From Paramecium tetraurelia (Eukaryota): 64,000 nt of DNA. Position 1 is the stretch's first letter. Each line of letters starts with the position of its first letter. Shown here in pieces: positions 57,826-64,000 of the stretch. The notes beneath the pieces are model-generated. The model ran no database searches and was not told where the DNA came from. It saw only the letters and a list, made by a program, of their open reading frames with translations. Location: NCBI GenBank assembly GCA_000165425.1, contig CT868671.1, forward strand, positions 315,027 through 379,026, given 5' to 3'. The translations under genes were made by a program, and so were the position numbers.

Positions 57826-59464
57826 TCAACTAAGCTATTAAGTAAATTTTGAAGGGTTAAATCTATCTTACCTTGGTGCAAAGTTTTAAAAATAGTTTTA
57901 TTATTAATTTAATTTCATCGATTAATTTAGTTAAAATATTGGTTGTGTCTAAGGTTGTGTAGATGAATTCCTATTTTGGGTAAAATTCTATTTTGGTCCA
58001 TCTATTGATAACGGTTGAGATTGGTTTATGTTTCCAAAATTATTGCCTTGCTTTTGTGGATTCTTTTCTTAAAATGAGTTTGAAATAGTAGAATTAAATC
58101 TTACTTTTGTAATTTGTTGAGTGTTCTATGGAATCTATTATTGTGGAGGAACTTATTATTTTTGAACAATTTAGTCTTATGCCAAACTAGAAGGTTATTT
58201 TTATTCAAGTTCCATATTTGCCTTAATTGAGAAGGGATTGATTTAAATAGATTTTCCAATATTTGATGGTTGGTTACCTTAAAATTTGGGTTAAGGTTAA
58301 TCAAATTTTTACATGCTTGAATTTTTTGGGGGAATGTTACATGCATAATTCATCTAGCTGCTTACCTTATTTTAGGTTTGGTTGTTGATATTAATATTCA
58401 TTTATTATTATTTCTCCTTAAGTTATTAAGGCGCTGGTAAAATCTCTGTTTTTTGAAAATTTTGAAGGGTTTTTGTTGGCATTGGTATTGGAAGATCAAA
58501 AATTGGATACTTTTTAGGTACTAGGTTTGAAATTTGCTATCCTGAATTTTGCTATCCTGAAATAATTTGAGATATTCTTGAGTTTGGAACTTGATTTCTA
58601 GTAACATTTTGTGACTATCCTCTTAAATCTGATTAAACTTGGTGAATATCATATCTTTTATTAGTATCTATTTGAAGCATATTTAAGAGTAGAGTTTTGT
58701 ATTTCCTTTCTAAACGCAAATTAGTATTAATTTTTTCATCAATTTGTTCTTGAGTCGTTGAAAGAATTTTCTAATAGACTTCCTCTTCACTATATCCTAT
58801 GTTAAATAATGAAAATACCATCGAACAAAGGAATATTGGTCATTAATTCATATATCATAGCTCCAAAAGCCCATATATCAACTTTTGATGTGTATGAACT
58901 ACCTTAGTTGGTTTTGATCAATTATTCCGGAGCTAGATAGTACGCAGTGCCAATTGCTTACGTTTGAAGGACATCAACATCTTTTATTGTTCCAAAATCA
59001 CAAATTTTATATAGTTCTTATGTTGTACCGTTCAAGTCTTTCTTCTAAAATATCAATACATTTTCAGGCTTCATATCCCTATGAGCATAACCTAGATCAT
59101 GAATTTCCTTTAATCCATTTCCTATTTCTTTCATTATAAACCTTATCTGATCTGGATTTATTGTACCTTTTGACTTAATCCTATCATATAGAGATTCTGT
59201 GCAATATTCCATTACTATATAATAATAGTTGTCTATTTATTCAATTTCGAAAATTTTAATTAAGTTCCTAAATTCTTTTCCTTTCATTTTATTTAACATC
59301 TCCTTCTCATTTTCTTTCATTTCTTATTATATCTTAATAGCCACTATTTATTATGTTGATTAATTTTTGCCTTTTAAAACAATACCAAAGGTACCCATGC
59401 CGAGTTGTTCTTAAATTTCATAAGTGGTTAGCCTTATAGTTATGAATTTTTATAAATTCATCAT
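57826..59464 (-). CDS. Ser/Thr protein kinase with Q/N/P-rich C-terminal tail
   Basis: LGMGTFG, VAIK, HRDMKPEN, CDFG, GTAYYLAPE, VDIWAFG; one 22-nt intron. Confidence 0.93.
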
Positions 59465-59498
59465 TTTTCTATTATAATTTAAATATTATTAATCAAGA

Positions 59499-60412
59499 AT
59501 GTTTCTGGTAATAGATTATCATAAATTATTGAATTTTTGTGATCAAAAGTCAATGAGATCAATGTATTTAAAAAATCTATTCTTAATCTTTATATTCATA
59601 ATTATTTTCTAAAATAGTATTATTTAAATTAAATCGTTAAATAAGAACTTGAATAATGTATTCCCATCAAAAACAATTAATCGACATCAGTAAAATAAAA
59701 TTAATAGATAGATTCATTAATTCAAACAATAGAGAATTAATTTAGAAAGAATGAAGAAATGTATTAAACAATATCATTATAAATTCCCTGTGACATTGAG
59801 AGAATTGATGCCTAATTATTTATATAAGAAATGAGAATATCATTAAAATAACCAAAATCAAATGTTGAAGTGTTATTGAAAAAATGTTAATCGATGATTG
59901 ATAAATTATTGGATGAAGAATTCAATTTGGATAGATTGATGTCTAAATTGAGATCAAAAAAAAGAAGAAATAATAAAGCATCCACTGGAAATGTGTTACA
60001 ACAAATAGATGAAAACACTCTTAAGGAAATTCAAACATTTAGTAGATGTTAAGTTGCCATTAAAAATGAAGAAAAAAAAGTTATTGAGAAACAAGAGAAA
60101 TAAGGGAAATAAGAGAGATAAGAGAAAGAAACAACAAAAAGAACTACAGAAGTAGATCCTTTTGAGAAGTTAGTTAATATAAATATGCAGATTGAATAAT
60201 GTCTTGGTAATAAAGTTTAACTTAACATAGAGTTATTATCAAATTAAAATAAGATAGAAAATGAGAGTGATATGGAAGTGAAAATCAATAATCTGGAGGA
60301 GTAGATTTATAAGTTGACTGAGAATAGAGTATATAATGATGAAAATGTCGAGGTGTACATAGTGTAGAAGACTAATAAGAAAAGAATGCCTAATTTACAA
60401 ATTAATTATTGA
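59499..60412 (+). CDS. Hypothetical protein (5' structure uncertain)
   Basis: Long code-6 frame from about 59545 to TGA at 60410-60412; connection to ATG 59499 not resolved. Confidence 0.5.
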
Positions 60413-60456
60413 TTTTATTTAATATATTCTTTTTTGTTTTTATTTAAATATTGGAT

Positions 60457-63400
60457 ATGCAACTATACAGTCTAACTTTACAAAAAAGCACAGGAATACA
60501 AAAAGCCATATATGGAAATTTCTCAGGACCAAAAGCCTAAGAGATTGTTGTATCAAAAGTAAAGCACATTGAGCTTCTGAAGATAAATGATAGCAAGTAT
60601 AATGATGTTATATGATGTTTAGTGGTAAATTAGAGACAATAGCATCATAGGAAGTATTTGGAATAATACGTTCAATCCATTCATTCAGATTTCCTGGAGT
60701 AAATATTTTAATTAAATTGTAGAACAATAGAGATAATTTGGTTATTGGTAGTGATTCAGGTCGAGTAGTAGTGTTGGGTTTTGATGGGTAGAAAAACATG
60801 TTTGTAAAAGTGCATTAAGAAACATATGGGAAAACCGGATGCAGAAGGATAGTGCCTGGCTAATACCTGGCATGTGATCCAAAAGGAAGAGCCTTTATGA
60901 TTAGTGCAGTAGAGAAACATAAATTTGTATATATTTTAACTAGAGAAAATGAAAAAATAACTATTTCTTCCCCTTTAGAGGCACCAAAGTCACACACTAT
61001 TGTGTTTGATATTGTAGGGTTAGATGCTGGATATGATAATGCATAATTTGCAGCTATAGAATCTGATTATGGGGATTGGTAAGACAAGGACAGTGCAGTT
61101 TGCACAGGCATATAAACAAAATTCTTAACAATATATGAAATGGATTTTGGATTGAATACTGTAAGGAGATAAAGATCGGATCCTATTCATATTTCTTCTC
61201 ATTCTTTATTAATGGTTCCTAATGCACCTGATGGACCAGGAGGTGTTATAGTGTTATGTGAAGATTTCTTGCATTATAGAGGGCCAAAGAATTAAGAGAT
61301 GAAAGTGCCATATCCCAAGAATCAGGGAATGCCTGCTGATAGGGGAGCGATGATAAGTTCATTTGGATTTTATAAATAAAAAGTAATTATCATTAAATAT
61401 ATATCTTAGTCATCCTTTTTATATTTGTTATAATCAGAGTATGGTGATTTATTCGAATTATCATTACAATTCACTAAAGATGAGGTTCATTCAATAAGAA
61501 TGATTTACTTTGATACTATTCCAGTAGCTAACAGTTTGTGCTTGATGAGAAGCAAACATCTATTTGCAGCTTGTGAAAAGGGAAATCATTGTTTCTATAA
61601 ATACTAGAGAGAGGAGACAAGCACAAACATTATCTGCACTGATTCTAGCATGGCTTTGGAAGAATAAATATTTTTTAAGCCTTAAAAGCTTAAGCATTTG
61701 TCACTCTTATAGGAACTTAATAATTTTAGTTGTATTAGTGATTTAAAGGTGGCTGATTTAGCAAAGGAAGGCAATCCATAAATATATATTTGTTGTGCTG
61801 CTGGTAATAGATCAACTTTGAGAGTTCTAAGACATGGTTTAGAAATTACACAATTGGCTAATACTAATTTATAAGCTAAGCCATTAGGAATTTGGACTTT
61901 AAAAGAGAGGTATGAGGATCCAGTTCATAAATACATAGTGATTTCATACATCAATAAAACTTTAGTATTGAAGATTGGTGAGAAGGTGGAGCAAGTTCAT
62001 GATACAGGATTAGAAGGAACTAAATAAACAATTCATGTCGGAACTTTGATAGATGATTCATAAATTCAAATTTTGACAAATGGATATAGACACATTAGAA
62101 AGAACAAACCCCCCACTGATTATATCATAGATGGCAAAGTTATTAAAGGAGTTTCAAATGAGAAATAAGTAGCATTTGCTTTGGCAGGAGGAGATGTTTA
62201 CTATTTTGAATTGGATACTACAAGTGTCTCAGGAAATTTGATAGAGATTACAAAGGATCAAATGGATAATGAAATTAAAGCTTTAGAATTGGGCCCTATT
62301 GAAGAGGGGAGACAAAGGTGCAAATTTCTATGTGTGGCTTTGAGTGATTAAACAATCAGATTGTTGAGTTTAGAGCCTGAATCTTGTTTTGAAAGAGGAG
62401 CCATGTAAGCGTTGCCCAGTGAGGCTGAAAGCTTATGCATGATGGAAATGGCCTCTGAATAGGAAGGGTAATAAAGTTTTACAAAATAGTTATTTTTATT
62501 TATAGGTTTGAATAATGGTCTCTTAATGAGAACTTCAGTTGATTAATTGTCAGGAGGTTTGTCTGACACAAGAACAAGATATTTAGGAACGAAGCCTGTG
62601 AAATGTCTGAGGATTACAGCCAATTAATAACAGGCTATGTTGGCATTGTCGTCTAGATCATGGTTGTGTTATAATAACAGTGGTCGCATATTCATGTAGC
62701 CATTATCTTATGATTATTTGGATTATGCTTCGGCTTTTCTTGCTAAGGAATTTTAAGGTATTGTTGGTACTAATTAAAGTACTTTACGAATTATCATGCC
62801 AGAGAGATTTGGTGAAATATTTAATTAGTAGTCATTAGATTTGACATATTCTCCTAGGAAGATGATTTTTCATGAACCTAGCAAAGCAATATTCATAATT
62901 GAATCTGACAACCGATCCTACAACAATATTTAATAGAAGGTTTAGGAAGTCTATTAGACTGAAGAGTTACCAGAATAATGGAATCAAATTCAAGCTGAAC
63001 AATATAAGTGGGCATCTTTGATTCGAATAGTTGATGCTACTAAATTGGAAACTGTTAACGTTCATCAATTCTATGAGAATTAACACGCATGTTCAATCTG
63101 TTACATTTAATTTGCTGGCTATCCAGAGTAATACATATGTGTTGGCACAGTGAAGGATCTTGTGAATGAGCCATCTAGGAAATTCAGCCAAGGATTCATT
63201 CACACATTTGTTTATGATAATAAGACTTTGAAGTTGAAACATTCCACTCCCATTGATGAAATTCCATACGCATTAGCAGCTTGGAGAGGAAGATTGTTAG
63301 TCGGAGCTGGATGCAATCTAAGAGTCTATGAAATGGGAAATCAAAGAATTTTGAAGAAGGCAGAAATTAAAAACCTGAATTCTTTCATCACTTCAATTAT

Positions 63401-64000
63401 GGTCAAAGAAGATAGAATCTATGTGGCAGAAGTGGCTGATTCCATTCATCTCCTTAGATATAATATAAGAGATCAAACATTCATGGAATTGGCAGATGAT
63501 ATCCTACCAAGATATGTAACTGCTAGTACTGTACTAGATTATCACACTGTTATTGCAGGCGATAAATTTGAAAACATTTTTGTTAGCAGAGTACCATTAG
63601 ATATTGATGAAGAATAAGAAGAACATCCATATGAATACAAGATGAAGATGGATCAAGGTTGTATGAATGGAGCTCCATTCAAAATGGATTAAATTTGTAA
63701 TTTTTATGTAGGTGAAGTCATCACTAGTCTCTAAAAAATTGCTTTAGTGTCTACCAGTTCAGAAGTGGTTGTTTATGGAACATCCATGGGATCAATTGCT
63801 GCGCTTTATCCATTTGATAATAAAGAAGACATTGATTTCTTCCTCCATCTTGAAATGTATCTTAGAGTTGAACATCAACCACTTTCTGGAAGAGATCATA
63901 TGTAATTTAGATCTGCCTATGGGCCTTGTAAAGTAAATATTCTATATAACATTTTTATAGTCTATCATTGATGGAGATTTGTGTGATCAATTTGGAAATA
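60457..64000 (+). CDS. SF3B3: Splicing factor 3B subunit 3 (SAP130/Rse1), runs off window end
   Basis: MQLYSLTLQ, GNFSG, VIGSDSGR, HQETYGKTGCRRIVPGQYLACDPKGRA, STLRVLRHGLE, LSGRDH motifs. Confidence 0.97.

Overview
Gene-dense, very AT-rich ciliate macronuclear DNA, almost certainly Paramecium. TAA/TAG read as Gln, TGA is the only stop, introns are ~20-33 nt GT..AG, and intergenic gaps are often <40 bp. The supplied ORF track stops at TAA/TAG and so fragments or misses nearly all genes; I re-read everything by hand in genetic code 6 (coordinates and intron calls are manual). About 40 CDSs are supportable. They include a BTB protein, a ~1720-aa secreted acidic protein with an H-type-lectin-like N-terminus, a GFA/CENP-V protein, EF-hand and HMG-box proteins, a RimJ/RimL-type acetyltransferase, a MAST/Rim15-like kinase, a VPS10/sortilin, two trichocyst matrix proteins, a MORN protein, MAM33/C1QBP, an alpha/beta hydrolase, a CNBD K+ channel, an S10 carboxypeptidase, a chromodomain protein, CFAP20DC, a BI-1 family protein, a Ser/Thr kinase and SF3B3, plus decayed gene remnants. 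The most interesting observations are: a PAXX-like NHEJ factor with a C-terminal Ku-binding-type motif; a CCGTTTTT element just upstream of three secreted acidic-protein genes; an N/G-rich protein with nine NN(D/E)WK(S/T)SG repeats; two unnamed small domains, each shared by two genes in the window; and convergent genes whose stop codons directly abut. No rRNA, tRNA, CRISPR array or transposon was recognised.
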